From positions 288,001-352,000 of the forward strand of contig CAVXGR010000005.1 of assembly GCA_963761335.1 (NCBI GenBank): a stretch of DNA of 64,000 nt, in the 5' to 3' direction. Under the pieces are notes generated by a model that worked only from the letters and a program-made list of their open reading frames with translations, was not told where the DNA came from and searched no databases. This stretch comes from an uncultured delta proteobacterium. Its GTDB lineage: Bacteria; Desulfobacterota; Binatia; HRBIN30; BPIQ01. The position numbers were made by a program, and so were the translations under genes. Shown in pieces: positions 48,366-59,264 of this stretch; the first letter of the stretch is position 1; each line of letters starts with the position of its first letter.

Positions 48366-48437
48366 CGATCACCTCGCCTCGGCCGCCCATAGTGGCAGAC
48401 TGGCGGGCCAGTGCAAGTTGCCGGCGGCCGGCCCGGC

Positions 48438-49910
48438 TCAGCCGAGGGTGAAGTAGAACGTGGCGCCGGCGCCGGGCGAGGCGTCGGCCCACACCTTGCC
48501 GCCGTGGCGCTGCACGATGCGTCGCACCGTGGCCAGACCGATGCCCGTCCCCTCGAACTCGGCGTTGGTGTGCAGGCGCTGGAAGGGGGCGAACAGCTTG
48601 CCGGCGTGCGCCGGATCGAACCCGGCGCCGTTGTCGCGGACGAAGTAGCAAGTCCCTCCTGCGGCTGCCTCGGCGCCCAGCTCGATGCGCGCGCAGGGCT
48701 GCTTTCCGGTGTATTTCCAGGCATTGCCCAGGAGGTTCTCGAGGACGATACGCAGCAAGCGGCCGTCGGCATTGGCGCGGAGGCCCTCGGCGATCAGGAA
48801 GGTCACCTGGCGCGACTTGTCTGTCTTGCGCAGCTCGTCGGCGATCTCGCCGGCGACGGCGGAGATGTCGATCTGCCGGCGATGAATCGGGTGGCGGCAG
48901 ACGCGCGACAGCTCCAGCAGATCGTCGATCAGCTGGCCCATGCGCTGCGCCGACCAGCGCACCCGCTCCAGGTGGTGCCGGCTCTGGGCGTCGAGCTTCT
49001 CCGAGCAATCCTCGAGCAGCGCGCAGCTGAAACCGTCGATGGCGCGCAGCGGCGCGCGCAGGTCGTGAGACACCGAGTAGCTGAAAGCCTCGATCTCGCG
49101 ATTGGCCTCGGCGAGCTGGATGTTGATGCGGCGGATGTCCTCCTCGGTCCGTTCGCCTCGCGCGATCTCCTGCTGCAGACGCCGATTCGCCGCGGCGAGA
49201 TCCGCCGTGCGCTCGGCCACCAACACCTCGAGTCGCTCCTGGTAGCGCCGCAGCTCCTGCTCGTCGCGCTTGCGGTCGGAGATGTCGCGGAAGTAGATGC
49301 TCAGCCCGGACTCCGAGGGATAGCTGCGGACCTCGAACCAGCGGCCGAGGCGCGGATAGAAGAGCTCGATGTCCGCCGAGCCGCTCGGCGTCTGCTCGCG
49401 GCGCATCACCTCGCGGAGATCGGGGAGCACGTCCCAGAGAGTGCGGCCGAGCAGATCTCCCGGCGTCTCCGCCGCTTCGCTGAAGAGCTGCCTCGCCTGC
49501 GGGTTCAGGTAGGTGAGGTGCCACTCGGCGTCGACCGCAAGGAAGGAGTCGCTGATGCTGCCGAGTATCTGCTCCGTCTGCTCTTGCGATTCCCGCACGG
49601 CATCGAACCAGCGGCGTACCAGAACGTACAGCAGGATCGCCGTGGCGCCGACGTACAGGATGCCCTTGATCGTCTGCAGAAACAGCGGGTCTCCCGCGTC
49701 CACGGCGGAAACCAGATGGTCGGAGCCGAAGATCCAGAGAGTCCCGAAAATCGCATATATCGCGGCGATTCTCAGCGGCGACAGGCGAGGGCCGAGCCCG
49801 GCGCGGGCCTCGGGAGTGGAGCGCGGGTTCCCGAGACCAAGCCTTCCATGGTTCCGTTGGGCGACGGGCCACATCGTTTCCCTGGCACCTCTGAGCCTGC
49901 GGCAGTGCAA
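48438..49910 (-). CDS. Orphan PAS sensor histidine kinase
   Basis: Two TMs, PAS, FSYSVSHDLRAPL, NAWKY, DNGAGF and GTGIGL motifs; start uncertain. Confidence 0.88.
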   Translation of the reverse strand: MHCRRLRGARETMWPVAQRNHGRLGLGNPRSTPEARAGLGPRLSPLRIAAIYAIFGTLWIFGSDHLVSAVDAGDPLFLQTIKGILYVGATAILLYVLVRRWFDAVRESQEQTEQILGSISDSFLAVDAEWHLTYLNPQARQLFSEAAETPGDLLGRTLWDVLPDLREVMRREQTPSGSADIELFYPRLGRWFEVRSYPSESGLSIYFRDISDRKRDEQELRRYQERLEVLVAERTADLAAANRRLQQEIARGERTEEDIRRINIQLAEANREIEAFSYSVSHDLRAPLRAIDGFSCALLEDCSEKLDAQSRHHLERVRWSAQRMGQLIDDLLELSRVCRHPIHRRQIDISAVAGEIADELRKTDKSRQVTFLIAEGLRANADGRLLRIVLENLLGNAWKYTGKQPCARIELGAEAAAGGTCYFVRDNGAGFDPAHAGKLFAPFQRLHTNAEFEGTGIGLATVRRIVQRHGGKVWADASPGAGATFYFTLG

Positions 49911-50047
49911 CCTTCAGGCCATATGACAACCCACAAGCGCATAGCCGCTCCAGCCTTCTACTGATGGGGTCCGGGCCGTGAATCGTTCTGCGAGCGTCGA
50001 AAATGGCGCCGGCGGCAGCCGCGCCGGAGAGGGAAGAGAAGCGCGCC

Positions 50048-50800
50048 TCAGATGGTCAAGCCGCCGTCGATCGGGACCACGCTTCCGGTCATGTAGCGGC
50101 CCTCGGTGGAGGCGACGAAGGCGATCAGAGCGGCAATCTCCTCCGGTTGGCTGTTGCCGAGAGGAGTGCGCAGCTTCGCCAGCAGGCGCGGATCGGCACC
50201 TGGCGGCAGCTGGTAAAAGGCTTCCTGGAGGGGCGTGGCGATGCCGCCGGGGGCGATGCAGTTGACGCGCACGCCGCGGTGCAGGTACTCGTCCGCCAGT
50301 GCCCGGGTGAGCTGCACGACGCCGCCTTTGGAGGCGCAGTAGGCGGCGCTGTAGGGAGCGCCCATGAGGCCGGCGTTGGAGGCGATGTTGACGATGTTGC
50401 CGCCGCCGTCGAGGAGGTAGGGCAGCACCGCCTGCGACATGAGGAAGGTGCCGGTCAGATTGACGGCGATGATGCGCGACCAGTCCTCGAAGGGCATCTC
50501 GTGGGCGTTGGCGAACTTGCCGATGCCGGCGCAGTTGACCAGCAGCGACGGTCGGCCGAGCTCACCGGCGGCGGTATCGACCGCCTGGCGCACCGAGCTC
50601 GGATCGGCGACGTCAACGGTATAGGCGCGTGCCCGGCCACCGTCGGCGGCGATGGCCGCCGCGGTGCTCTCGGCGGCGTCGAGACGCAGGTCGAGGCAGG
50701 CGACGGTGGCTCCCTCGGCCGCAAGCCGTTGGGCGGTGGCCCGGCCGAGACCGGAGCCGGCGCCGCTGACGATGGCGGTGCATCCGTCGAAACGTTTCAC
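50048..50800 (-). CDS. SDR-family oxidoreductase
   Basis: SGAGSGLG, VNCAGI and YCASK motifs. Confidence 0.92.
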   Translation of the reverse strand: MKRFDGCTAIVSGAGSGLGRATAQRLAAEGATVACLDLRLDAAESTAAAIAADGGRARAYTVDVADPSSVRQAVDTAAGELGRPSLLVNCAGIGKFANAHEMPFEDWSRIIAVNLTGTFLMSQAVLPYLLDGGGNIVNIASNAGLMGAPYSAAYCASKGGVVQLTRALADEYLHRGVRVNCIAPGGIATPLQEAFYQLPPGADPRLLAKLRTPLGNSQPEEIAALIAFVASTEGRYMTGSVVPIDGGLTI

Positions 50801-50813
50801 AACTCGACTCCCG

Positions 50814-51941
50814 TCAGGCGTCGGCAGGGATGAGGCGTTGCAGCCGCTCAGTGGCCTCGAGGTACTCCTGTACCAGGTCGTAGATGACGTCCTTCACCGG
50901 ACGCACGGAGTTCATGCTCCCGACGATCTGCCCGACCGGGTTGAACATGACCTTCTTCGCCTTCTCGGCGTAGCGATGACCGCGGGCGACGGCTTCGGAG
51001 GTGACCATGAACTGCATGGGCATCGGCAGGGTTCCCGGCGACTCGGGGCTCTCCCAGGCGTCGGTCCAGTCGTTGCGCAGCATGCGGCAGGGCTTGCCGG
51101 TGAAGGAGCGCGAGCGCACCGTATCGCGGCTGGAGGCGGCCAGATACGATTCCGTCTGCGCCGGCGGCGCGTCGGCCTCCTGCACGGTCAGCCAGATGGA
51201 GCCCGTCCACACGCCTTGGGCGCCGAGGGCGAGAGCCGCGGCGATCTGGCGGCCGCTGCCGATACCTCCGGCGGCGAGCACCGGCGTCGGCGCCACGGCG
51301 TCGATCACTTCCGGCCAGAGGACGACGCTGCCGATCTCGCCGGTATGCCCGCCGCCTTCGGTCCCCTGGGCGACGATGATGTCGACGCCCGCCGCCTTGT
51401 GGGCGCGCGCCTGCTTGGCGGCGCCGCAGAGGGCGACCACGAGGCGACCGGTCGAGTGGATGCGCTCGATGATGTCGGGGGGCGGCGTGCCCAGGGCGTT
51501 GGCGATGAGACGCACCTTCTGGTGGCGCAGCGCCACCTCCACCTGCGGGGTCGCCGTCGCCGCCGTCCAGCCGAGAAGCTCGTTCACCGGCTTCTCCCCC
51601 GCGGGCAGCTTGGGGACGCCGTGTTCGGCGAGGACCTTGTCGGCGAAGGCGCGGTGCTGCGGCGGCACCGACGCCAGCAGCTGCTCCTCCAGCTTCTTGG
51701 GATCGAGCTCGCCCATGCCCTCGTACTTGCCGGGGATGACGATGTCGACGCCGTACGGCTTGTCGCCGATGTGCTCGTCGATCCAGTTGAGCTCGATCTC
51801 CAGCTGGTCGGGCGGGAAGCCGACGGCGCCGAGGACGCCGAAGCCGCCCGCCTTGCTGACCGCCGCGACCACGTCGCGGCAATGGCTGAAGGCGAAGATG
51901 GGAAACTCGATGCCGAGCTTGTCGCAAATCTCGGTGTGCAT
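50814..51941 (-). CDS. Nitronate monooxygenase-family protein
   Basis: PIFAFSHC, QGTEGGGH, AAGGIG and TGKP motifs. Confidence 0.9.
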   Translation of the reverse strand: MHTEICDKLGIEFPIFAFSHCRDVVAAVSKAGGFGVLGAVGFPPDQLEIELNWIDEHIGDKPYGVDIVIPGKYEGMGELDPKKLEEQLLASVPPQHRAFADKVLAEHGVPKLPAGEKPVNELLGWTAATATPQVEVALRHQKVRLIANALGTPPPDIIERIHSTGRLVVALCGAAKQARAHKAAGVDIIVAQGTEGGGHTGEIGSVVLWPEVIDAVAPTPVLAAGGIGSGRQIAAALALGAQGVWTGSIWLTVQEADAPPAQTESYLAASSRDTVRSRSFTGKPCRMLRNDWTDAWESPESPGTLPMPMQFMVTSEAVARGHRYAEKAKKVMFNPVGQIVGSMNSVRPVKDVIYDLVQEYLEATERLQRLIPADA

Positions 51942-51954
51942 GTCGGAGGCTCCT

Positions 51955-53187
51955 TCAGGGCTCGAACGGACCGGGCCGGAAACACACGCGCATCTCCTTC
52001 ACGCCATTGATGAAGGTCGAGCGCAGGCGGCGCGGCGGTGCGGCGAGCTCGATATCGTGGATGCGGGTGACGATCCCGCGGAAGATCTCGTTGAGCTCCA
52101 GGCGGGCCAGGTTGGCGCCCAGGCAGAAGTGCTCGCCGACGCCGAAGGCGAGGTGATCGTTGGGGCTGCGGCGGATATCGAAACGCTCCGGCTCGGCAAA
52201 CACCTCCTCGTCGCGGTTGGCGGAGGGATACCAGAGCATGAGCTTGTCGTCGGCACGGATCTTCTGGCCGCGCAGCTCGGCCTCCGCGGTTGCCTGGCGG
52301 CGGAAGCTGTGCACTGCGGGAGCGTAGCGCAGGATCTCTTCGACGGCGCTTTCCAGCAGCGATGGGTTCTGGCGCAGGTCGCGCAGCTGATCGGAGTTCT
52401 CGATCAGCGCCAGCATGCCGTTGGTGGTGACCGTGCGGGTGGTCTCGTTGCCGGCGATCAGCAGCAAGAGGAAGAAAAAGTTGAACTCGGACTCGGTGAG
52501 CCGGTGGCCGTCGACCTCGGCGTTCACCAAGGCGGTCGCCAGGTCGGTGCCCGGCTGGTTCTTGGCCTTCTCCAGCAGCTTGCCGGCGTACATGAACATC
52601 TCGGCGGCGGCCGCCTCGGCGCCGTTCATCGTCCGCGACTGGCCGTCCTCCTGCAGGTCGGGGTCGTCGAAGCCGACCATCTGATTGCCGATCTCGTACA
52701 CGCGGCGGCGATCTTCCTCGGGGACGCCCATCATCTCACAGATGACCAGCATTGGCAGCAGAGCCGCGATGTCCTCGACGAAATCGCACTCGCCGCGCTC
52801 GATGACGCCGTTGACGATTCCCTTGACCATCTCGCGGATGCGCCCGTGCAGGTCGTTGACCATGCGCGGCGTGAAGGCCTTGTTCACCAGGGCGCGATGG
52901 TTGCGGTGCTTGGGCGGATCCATGTTGAGCATGATCGCCTGCACGAAGGGCAGATCGTTGGGCGTCGGATCGCGCAGCAGCGTGCCCTGGCGCTCGGAGG
53001 AGAAGAGCATGGGATTCTTGGAGACCCACTTGAGATCGGCGTACTTGGTGATCGCCCAGAACCCGGGACCCTCCTTTTCCGGATGCCAGTAGACCGGCGC
53101 CTCGCGGCGCAGCAGGCGGAACATCTCGTGCGGGGTGCCGCGCTGGAACAGATCTGCATCGGTGAGATCGACGTCGCTGAGCTGCAT
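51955..53187 (-). CDS. Cytochrome P450 (CYP124/CYP125-like)
   Basis: MDPPKH, AGNETT, EEILR and FGVGEHFCLG motifs; AGGAG RBS before MQLSDV. Confidence 0.93.
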   Translation of the reverse strand: MQLSDVDLTDADLFQRGTPHEMFRLLRREAPVYWHPEKEGPGFWAITKYADLKWVSKNPMLFSSERQGTLLRDPTPNDLPFVQAIMLNMDPPKHRNHRALVNKAFTPRMVNDLHGRIREMVKGIVNGVIERGECDFVEDIAALLPMLVICEMMGVPEEDRRRVYEIGNQMVGFDDPDLQEDGQSRTMNGAEAAAAEMFMYAGKLLEKAKNQPGTDLATALVNAEVDGHRLTESEFNFFFLLLLIAGNETTRTVTTNGMLALIENSDQLRDLRQNPSLLESAVEEILRYAPAVHSFRRQATAEAELRGQKIRADDKLMLWYPSANRDEEVFAEPERFDIRRSPNDHLAFGVGEHFCLGANLARLELNEIFRGIVTRIHDIELAAPPRRLRSTFINGVKEMRVCFRPGPFEP

Positions 53188-53199
53188 TGGCTTCTCCTG

Positions 53200-53238
53200 A
53201 ACAAACGTTTGTTTAGAGCTTGGGGCTCCTTTCGTCAA
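53200..53238 (-). promoter_or_regulatory. Sigma70-type promoter with overlapping palindromic operator for the P450 operon
   Basis: TTGACG-N17-TAAACA on the minus strand; perfect palindrome AACAAACGTTTGTT (53200-53213) overlaps the -10. Confidence 0.65.
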
Positions 53239-53416
53239 GCGCCTTGACTCGGGGGCCTCCGGCAGCCGCTGCCGCCCGGGGGGCGAGCCGCTCCGAAAGT
53301 AGAGGAGGCGGCCCGCCTCCTCGGTAGGGTGGCGTTCGTCTCGACAACGGGCGATAGGCATTGCGCGGGCAAGCGTTTCCTTTGTATGGAAACGCAACGA
53401 GGTTGAGGAATCAGCC

Positions 53417-53887
53417 GTGGCGCACCCGAGAATGTACGACGATTCGAGCCCGGCGATAAAGCGCCTGCGCAAGATCTGCCTGGCACTGCCCGAGGCGTTC
53501 GAGAAGGAAGCTTGGGGCGAATGCACCTTTCGCGTCACCGGCGGCAGCATGTTTGCGATGACCGACTGCAACCATCACCAGAGCGGCCACATCGCCGTGT
53601 GGATCAAGGCGCCGCCGATCGTGCAGGAGATCCTCGTCCATGCCGACGCCGAGCGCTTCTTCGTTCCGCCGTACGTCGGTCCGAAGGGCTGGATCGGCGT
53701 GCGCCTCGACCGCAAGGTCGACTGGAAGGAGGTCGGCGAGATTCTCAGAGACGGCTACCAGATGTCGGCGCCGAAGCGGTTGCGAGTTGCGGACTCCAAG
53801 TCCCCGCCAGCGAGCAAACCGCGCCCGAAGCGACGGCAGAAGGCGGCGACACGCACGGCTGCCAAGGAGAGCCGAGAGCGGCGGTGA
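53417..53887 (+). CDS. MmcQ/YjbR-family protein
   Basis: ICLALPEA, AWGECTFRV and FFVPPYVGPKGWIG motifs. Confidence 0.88.
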   Translation: MAHPRMYDDSSPAIKRLRKICLALPEAFEKEAWGECTFRVTGGSMFAMTDCNHHQSGHIAVWIKAPPIVQEILVHADAERFFVPPYVGPKGWIGVRLDRKVDWKEVGEILRDGYQMSAPKRLRVADSKSPPASKPRPKRRQKAATRTAAKESRERR

Positions 53888-53970
53888 TCACCCGCGTCGG
53901 CATCATCTACCCGCCTGTACCCGCCTGCGGAGCCGGGTCATCGAGCTGTCGGTGTGAGCCGGCCCCGGCG

Positions 53971-54960
53971 CTATGCCGGCGGCTCGTCGGCGGCGCCGCG
54001 CTGGCGCAGCTGGTCGCGCTCGATCGATTGCCAAACGAGGAGTCCGGGGACACCGAGCATCACCTCGCGGGCGCGCTTGGCGAGCGACAGCGCCAGGGAC
54101 AGGTCGGGGGAGAGACCGATCAGACCGCCGAGGAAGAGATAGCTGCCCTCCTGCACGCCGAGGCTGGCCGGGATGGCGAAGGCCGCCTGGCGCACCGCCT
54201 GCCCCAGGCTCTCGAGCATGACGGCCTCGAGCACGGTCACCGAATGCCCGAGGAAGTGCATCGCCAACCACACCTCGCCGGTACCGAGCATCCAGCTGAG
54301 CAGGTTGAAGCAGGCGCCCAGGAGGATGCCGCGCGGGGCGCGGTAGACGTCGGAAATGCTGGCGTCGATGGCGTCGGCGCCGCCGACCATGTCGAGCCAG
54401 ATGCGCCCGCCGGTGGTGCGCGCCAGGATGCGCGCCATGGTCCCGAAGAGGCCGCGGCGCTGCAGGCGATAGAAGATTCCCAGCAGGACCGCGAAGACGA
54501 GCAGGCCGACGACGACATACTCGGCGAGATCGCGCCGTCCCAGGCGGTAGATGAGGAGAACGACCCCGCCCAGCGCGAAGAGCACCTGGGTCACCGCGGA
54601 AAGCGTAATGTCGACCACCACGGTGGCGCCGGAGAGACGGCCGGGCACCCCATGCGCCATCATCACCCGGGCGCGCGCCACGTCGCCACCGACCTGGGCG
54701 ACCGGGAGGAGGCTGTTGACCGCATCGCAGATCCAGCGGGCCCGCAGCAGATGCGCGAAGGCCGGCTGCGGCCGCCGAAACAGACTGCGCCAGGCGAGCG
54801 CGTCGGCGCTCAGCGGCACGAAGTGGTAGAGGGCGACGATCACCAGCCCCCACCCGGCGACGGCCAGCGCCGCGGCGACGTCGCCGGCGCCCTCCCAGAC
54901 GATGATGGCGATGAACAGAGCCAGGCCGAGGATCAGGGCGGCGTAGGCGCTGGTTTTCAT
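53971..54960 (-). CDS. Lysylphosphatidylglycerol-synthase-TM / HpnL-like flippase-domain protein
   Basis: VNSLLPVAQVGGD, IPASLGVQEG and KRARE motifs; many TMs. Confidence 0.8.
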   Translation of the reverse strand: MKTSAYAALILGLALFIAIIVWEGAGDVAAALAVAGWGLVIVALYHFVPLSADALAWRSLFRRPQPAFAHLLRARWICDAVNSLLPVAQVGGDVARARVMMAHGVPGRLSGATVVVDITLSAVTQVLFALGGVVLLIYRLGRRDLAEYVVVGLLVFAVLLGIFYRLQRRGLFGTMARILARTTGGRIWLDMVGGADAIDASISDVYRAPRGILLGACFNLLSWMLGTGEVWLAMHFLGHSVTVLEAVMLESLGQAVRQAAFAIPASLGVQEGSYLFLGGLIGLSPDLSLALSLAKRAREVMLGVPGLLVWQSIERDQLRQRGAADEPPA

Positions 54961-55086
54961 CGCGGGACGGGTCTGAGTGGCACGGGAGTTCACGCTCGCG
55001 CCTTCTATGGCCCACCTGTCAGGCGGTTGGCAACCGTGTACCGGAAGACGCGGTCGAATCAGCGGCGCCTGCGGCGACGCCGAGCT

Positions 55087-55929
55087 TCACCGCTGCTCGG
55101 CGAGGTGCAGCAGGGCGCGCAGGAACGCCTCGCGCTCGCCCGCAGCGATCTCGCCGGTATAGCCGATTCGCTGGCGCAGAGCCTCGGCGGAATGCTGCAG
55201 CGCGGCGTCGGCCGCTTCTGCCTGCAGCGCCGGCAGACGACGCAGCGTTCTGCGGATGAGCTCGCACTCGATTGGGCCGAGGCGCGAGATCTGGGCGCGC
55301 TCGAAACGAAAGCCCATCAGATCCGCCGCGGACGGCGGTGGCAGTGGAGATGAGACCTCGGGGCGATCGAGCCGGATGACGATGGTGCCGGCGGCGAGAT
55401 CGCCGAGCCGCTTCCCTTGCCGCGAGGCGAGCATGGCCATCAGGCCGACGAGATAGCTCGAGGGCAGGATGTCCACGGCGCGGAAGAGATTGCGCACCAG
55501 CGAGTCGCGCAGGGAGATCGGTAGGCCGCCGTCGCGCACGACGCGGAGGCCGACCAGCGCTTTGCCCGGCGAGCGTCCGCTCATCAGCTGCTCGGCGATG
55601 ACGAAGTATCCGAGCTCGATGACGAACTCGACCAGAACCAGCGCCGCCATCAGCGCCAGGATGGTGTTCTCGAGCTCTGCCGTGTGGCCCTGCGAGACCC
55701 CCTCGGCAAGTCCCTGGAGCCAGCTCGCCAGCCACTGCGCCAGCGGCGCGGAGAGCATGCCGAGCGCGAAGACTCCGACCTCGATGACCAGGATCACCAG
55801 GGCGTCGAGGCCGTAGGCCAGAATGCGACTGGTCGGACCGGCGATCGGCAGGTCGAGAGCGACCTGCTCGGGCGAGCAGACGACCTGGCGGAGGTCGGTG
55901 GCGGCCAGCGGCTCGTTCAGGTTCGGCAT
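55087..55929 (-). CDS. RDD-family membrane protein
   Basis: RILAYGLD, GRSPGK..VGLRVV and KRLGDLAAGT motifs. Confidence 0.9.
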   Translation of the reverse strand: MPNLNEPLAATDLRQVVCSPEQVALDLPIAGPTSRILAYGLDALVILVIEVGVFALGMLSAPLAQWLASWLQGLAEGVSQGHTAELENTILALMAALVLVEFVIELGYFVIAEQLMSGRSPGKALVGLRVVRDGGLPISLRDSLVRNLFRAVDILPSSYLVGLMAMLASRQGKRLGDLAAGTIVIRLDRPEVSSPLPPPSAADLMGFRFERAQISRLGPIECELIRRTLRRLPALQAEAADAALQHSAEALRQRIGYTGEIAAGEREAFLRALLHLAEQR

Positions 55930-55979
55930 GTGATCGGCGGCGCACGGCAGCGCGGCGACCCATGCTATCCTCCGCGGCC

Positions 55980-57020
55980 ATGGCGGCCAACCCCGAGGAC
56001 ACGAAGCGATTTGCGGCGCTGCTCGACCGCAGCGAGGGCCGCGGCCTCACCCGCCTCGCCTTCGGCGAGCTCCGCGATCTGGCGCGCCTCTACCGCCTGC
56101 ACACCAGTCGCCTGGCCCGCCTGCGCACCGCCGGCGGCGACACCGAGGCAATTCGCTATCTGAACGCCCTCTGCGTGCGCGCCTACACCTACCTGTTCGT
56201 CTCGCCCCGCCGGAGGTCACTCCGCGTCATGCTGCGCGAGGAGATGCCCGGGGCCCTGGCGCGCACCTGGAACGCCCAGGTGGTCGCCTGGGCGATTCTG
56301 GCCGCGGGCATCCTGGTCGGCGCGGCGCTCGGGTGGCGCGACCCCGGCGCCGTGCACGCTCTGGTTCCCGGGTCTCTCGGCTACAGCGCTGCCGACCTCG
56401 ACCGCCTGATCGCCTCCCCGGCCGCCCGCGCCGATTTCCTGCAGCGCTCTTCTCTGTCCTCGGGCGCGCATGCGTTCTTCAGCTCCGTGCTGTTCGTGAA
56501 CAACACCAAGGTCGGCCTGCTGTCGTTCGCCACCGGCATGCTCGCCGGCGTCCCCACCGCCCTGCTGCAGCTCTACAACGGCATGATCCTCGGTGCCTTC
56601 GCCTCGATCTTCGCGCGCGATGCGCTGCCGCTGGCTTTCTGGGCGTGGTTTCTGCCGCACGCCATTCCGGAGCTGACGGCAATCACCTTCTGTGCGGCCG
56701 GCGGCCTCCTCCTCGGCGCCGCAGTCGCCGCGCCCGGACGCCAGACGCGCGGGCGCGCCCTGCGCCAGGCGACCAACCCGGCGCTGCTTCTCTTCGTCGC
56801 CTCCGTTCCCCTGTTTCTGGTCGCCGCCGGCGTCGAGAGCTTCGTGCGCGAGTCGAGCCTCGGACTGTGGCCGCGCTTCGCGGTCGCCGCCGCGATGCTG
56901 GCGGCGCTCCTCCTCGGCTCGATGCGCCTGCGCCGGCTGGCCCGCCGCCGCTCTGTCGATCGCAGCTGGCTCGGCGCGCTCACCACTGCGGACCAGCGCG
57001 CAGCGCCAGGTAGCGGTTGA
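55980..57020 (+). CDS. SpoIIM/DUF95-family membrane protein
   Basis: FVNNTKV, NGMILG, PHAIPEL and AGVESF motifs. Confidence 0.88.
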   Translation: MAANPEDTKRFAALLDRSEGRGLTRLAFGELRDLARLYRLHTSRLARLRTAGGDTEAIRYLNALCVRAYTYLFVSPRRRSLRVMLREEMPGALARTWNAQVVAWAILAAGILVGAALGWRDPGAVHALVPGSLGYSAADLDRLIASPAARADFLQRSSLSSGAHAFFSSVLFVNNTKVGLLSFATGMLAGVPTALLQLYNGMILGAFASIFARDALPLAFWAWFLPHAIPELTAITFCAAGGLLLGAAVAAPGRQTRGRALRQATNPALLLFVASVPLFLVAAGVESFVRESSLGLWPRFAVAAAMLAALLLGSMRLRRLARRRSVDRSWLGALTTADQRAAPGSG

Positions 57021-58302
57021 GAACTGCTGCGGTCAACGCCTCGGGGACCAGGTCGAGAGTTTGCACTCCGCCGCGGCGCAGGCCCGTCAGGGCGACCTCG
57101 CGCTCGCGCAGCAGATCGTGCAGCGCCAGGCGGCGATAGAGCGCCAGCGGCGCCTCGTCGCCGCTCGCCGCGGCATGGGGCTCGAGCTCGTCGTAGAGAT
57201 GATCGCGAATCGCCACCAGCAGGACGCGGTGGTGGCGGGCCAGCGACAGCAGCGGCGCGATCACGGCTGCCGTGTCGACGTCGGCGAAATCGGTGAAGAC
57301 CACGACCAGGGCGCGCTGGCGCGGGTTCTCGGCGAGATGCCGGGTCAGGGCGGCGAAGCTCGGCTCGCACAGACGCGGCTGCAGCGGTCGCAGCACTTCG
57401 AGAAAATCGGCGAGATCGCGGTGGCGGCGGCGCGGCGCGAGAGCGGCATGCACCCCCAGATCGAAAGCCACCATGCCGACGCGGTCGCTGCACACCAGGG
57501 CCGCATGGGTCAGGGAGAGGGCGGCATCGACGGCATGGTCGAGCTTGGTGCGCCCGGCGAGCTCGCCGGCCATGAGTCGACTGGTGTCCAGCGCGATCAC
57601 CACGGTGTGATTGCGCTCGAGCCGGTAGAGCCGGGTGACCAGTCGGCCGCGCCGGGCGCTGGCCGACCAGTCGATGCGGCGCGGGTCGTCCCCGGAAACG
57701 TAGTCGCGCAGGGAGTCGAGCTCCATCCCCTCGCCGCGCTGTCGCGCCGGCCGCGTCCCGGTGCTGGCCGCGATCTGCCGCGGATCGAGCGCCTGCGGCC
57801 GCAGCAGTCGGGAGGCGTCCGGATAGACGCGCAGCGTCTCAGCGCTCTCGCCGACCACGCGTCGCAGCCACAGCCCGAGCGGCGAGCGCTGCAGGGCGAG
57901 CGGCGCTCCGAAAGGTCGATCGCCGCGCCGCGCCGGCTGAATCGGATAGGTGACGCTGGACGTGGATGCGGCCGCCACGCGCAGTCGCAACGCCCCGTCG
58001 GCGGCGTTGACATCGGCCGGAGGGTCGTCGACGACCAGCACCTCGATCTCCTGCGAGCCGCCATTGGCGACGGCGATCTCGACAGTCGCCGGACGGCCGA
58101 GAACGCCGCGTGCCGGCAGGCGGCGCTCGAGGCGCGGCGGGGGCTGGCGCCGGAGCGCCGCCAGGTCCCACAGCACCAGAGTGGCGATGGCGAGGGCGGC
58201 GGCGGCGAGCAGCGCCCAGAGGAAGGGTAGCAGCGGCACCGAGAGGGCGGCGACCGTCCAGATGGCGACCGCGGCGAGGAGTCTCGAATCGGGAAAGATC
58301 AC
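56980..58302 (-). CDS. DUF58 / vWA-like protein
   Basis: [27 protein letters not shown] and VVFTD motifs. Confidence 0.9.
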   Translation of the reverse strand: MIFPDSRLLAAVAIWTVAALSVPLLPFLWALLAAAALAIATLVLWDLAALRRQPPPRLERRLPARGVLGRPATVEIAVANGGSQEIEVLVVDDPPADVNAADGALRLRVAAASTSSVTYPIQPARRGDRPFGAPLALQRSPLGLWLRRVVGESAETLRVYPDASRLLRPQALDPRQIAASTGTRPARQRGEGMELDSLRDYVSGDDPRRIDWSASARRGRLVTRLYRLERNHTVVIALDTSRLMAGELAGRTKLDHAVDAALSLTHAALVCSDRVGMVAFDLGVHAALAPRRRHRDLADFLEVLRPLQPRLCEPSFAALTRHLAENPRQRALVVVFTDFADVDTAAVIAPLLSLARHHRVLLVAIRDHLYDELEPHAAASGDEAPLALYRRLALHDLLREREVALTGLRRGGVQTLDLVPEALTAAVLNRYLALRAGPQW

Positions 58303-59264
58303 CGGGGCACGGCGACCGTGTCCAGGGTGTGGCGCAGCGCCTGGTCGGGGCGCATGCCCTCCACCTCGGCTCCGGGGTCGAGCTGCACGCGGTGGCGCAG
58401 CGCCGGGACGAACATCTCCTGGACATCCTCCGGCAGCAGGTAGTCGCGCCCCTCGAGCGCCGCATTGGCCTTGGCGGCGCGCAGCAACATCACGCCGGCG
58501 CGAGGCGAGGCGCCGAGCGAGAAGTTGACGTCGGCGCGCGTGGCGCGCGCCAGCGCCGCCACGTAGGCGACGATCTCTTCGCTCACGATCACGGCGCGCA
58601 CCACCTCGCGGGCGCGGTCGAGCTGGGCGGGGCCGAGCACGACGCCGGTGGCGGTGGCGGCGACGTCGCCGGCGTGATGTAAGCGCAGGATGGCGCGCTC
58701 CTCCTCCTCGCCGGGATAGTCGACGACGATCTTGAAGAGAAAGCGATCGAGCTCCGCCTCGGGAAGAGGATAGGTGCCCTCGTACTCGACGGGATTCTGC
58801 GTGGCGAAGACGCTGAAGTAGTCGCCGAGGGGATGGCGGACGCCGTCGACGGTGGCGGCGCGCTCCTGCATGGCCTCGAGCAGCGCCGCCTGCGTCTTCG
58901 CCGAGGCGCGGTTGATCTCGTCGGCGAGCAGGAGGTCGGTGAACAGCGGGCCGGCGCGGAAACGGGCGTCGCTGCCGCCCGGGTTGAGAATCGAGGTGCC
59001 GATGATGTCGCTCGGCATCAGGTCCGGCGTGAACTGCACGCGCCCGAAGCGCACCCCCAGCGCTGCCGAGAGTGTCTGCACGAGGAGCGTCTTGGCGACT
59101 CCGGGGACTCCTTCGACCAGGCTGTGCGCCTGGGTCAGCAGGGTGATGTACACCAGCCGCAGAGCCTCCTGCTGGCCGACGATGACCTGCGCCATTGCCC
59201 GCTGCAGGTCGGCGAACTGGGTGGCGATCTCCGCCACCGCCTCCGTCGTCTCGCTCTCGCTCAT
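58299..59264 (-). CDS. MoxR-family AAA+ ATPase
   Basis: [41 protein letters not shown] motifs. Confidence 0.95.
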   Translation of the reverse strand: MSESETTEAVAEIATQFADLQRAMAQVIVGQQEALRLVYITLLTQAHSLVEGVPGVAKTLLVQTLSAALGVRFGRVQFTPDLMPSDIIGTSILNPGGSDARFRAGPLFTDLLLADEINRASAKTQAALLEAMQERAATVDGVRHPLGDYFSVFATQNPVEYEGTYPLPEAELDRFLFKIVVDYPGEEEERAILRLHHAGDVAATATGVVLGPAQLDRAREVVRAVIVSEEIVAYVAALARATRADVNFSLGASPRAGVMLLRAAKANAALEGRDYLLPEDVQEMFVPALRHRVQLDPGAEVEGMRPDQALRHTLDTVAVPR

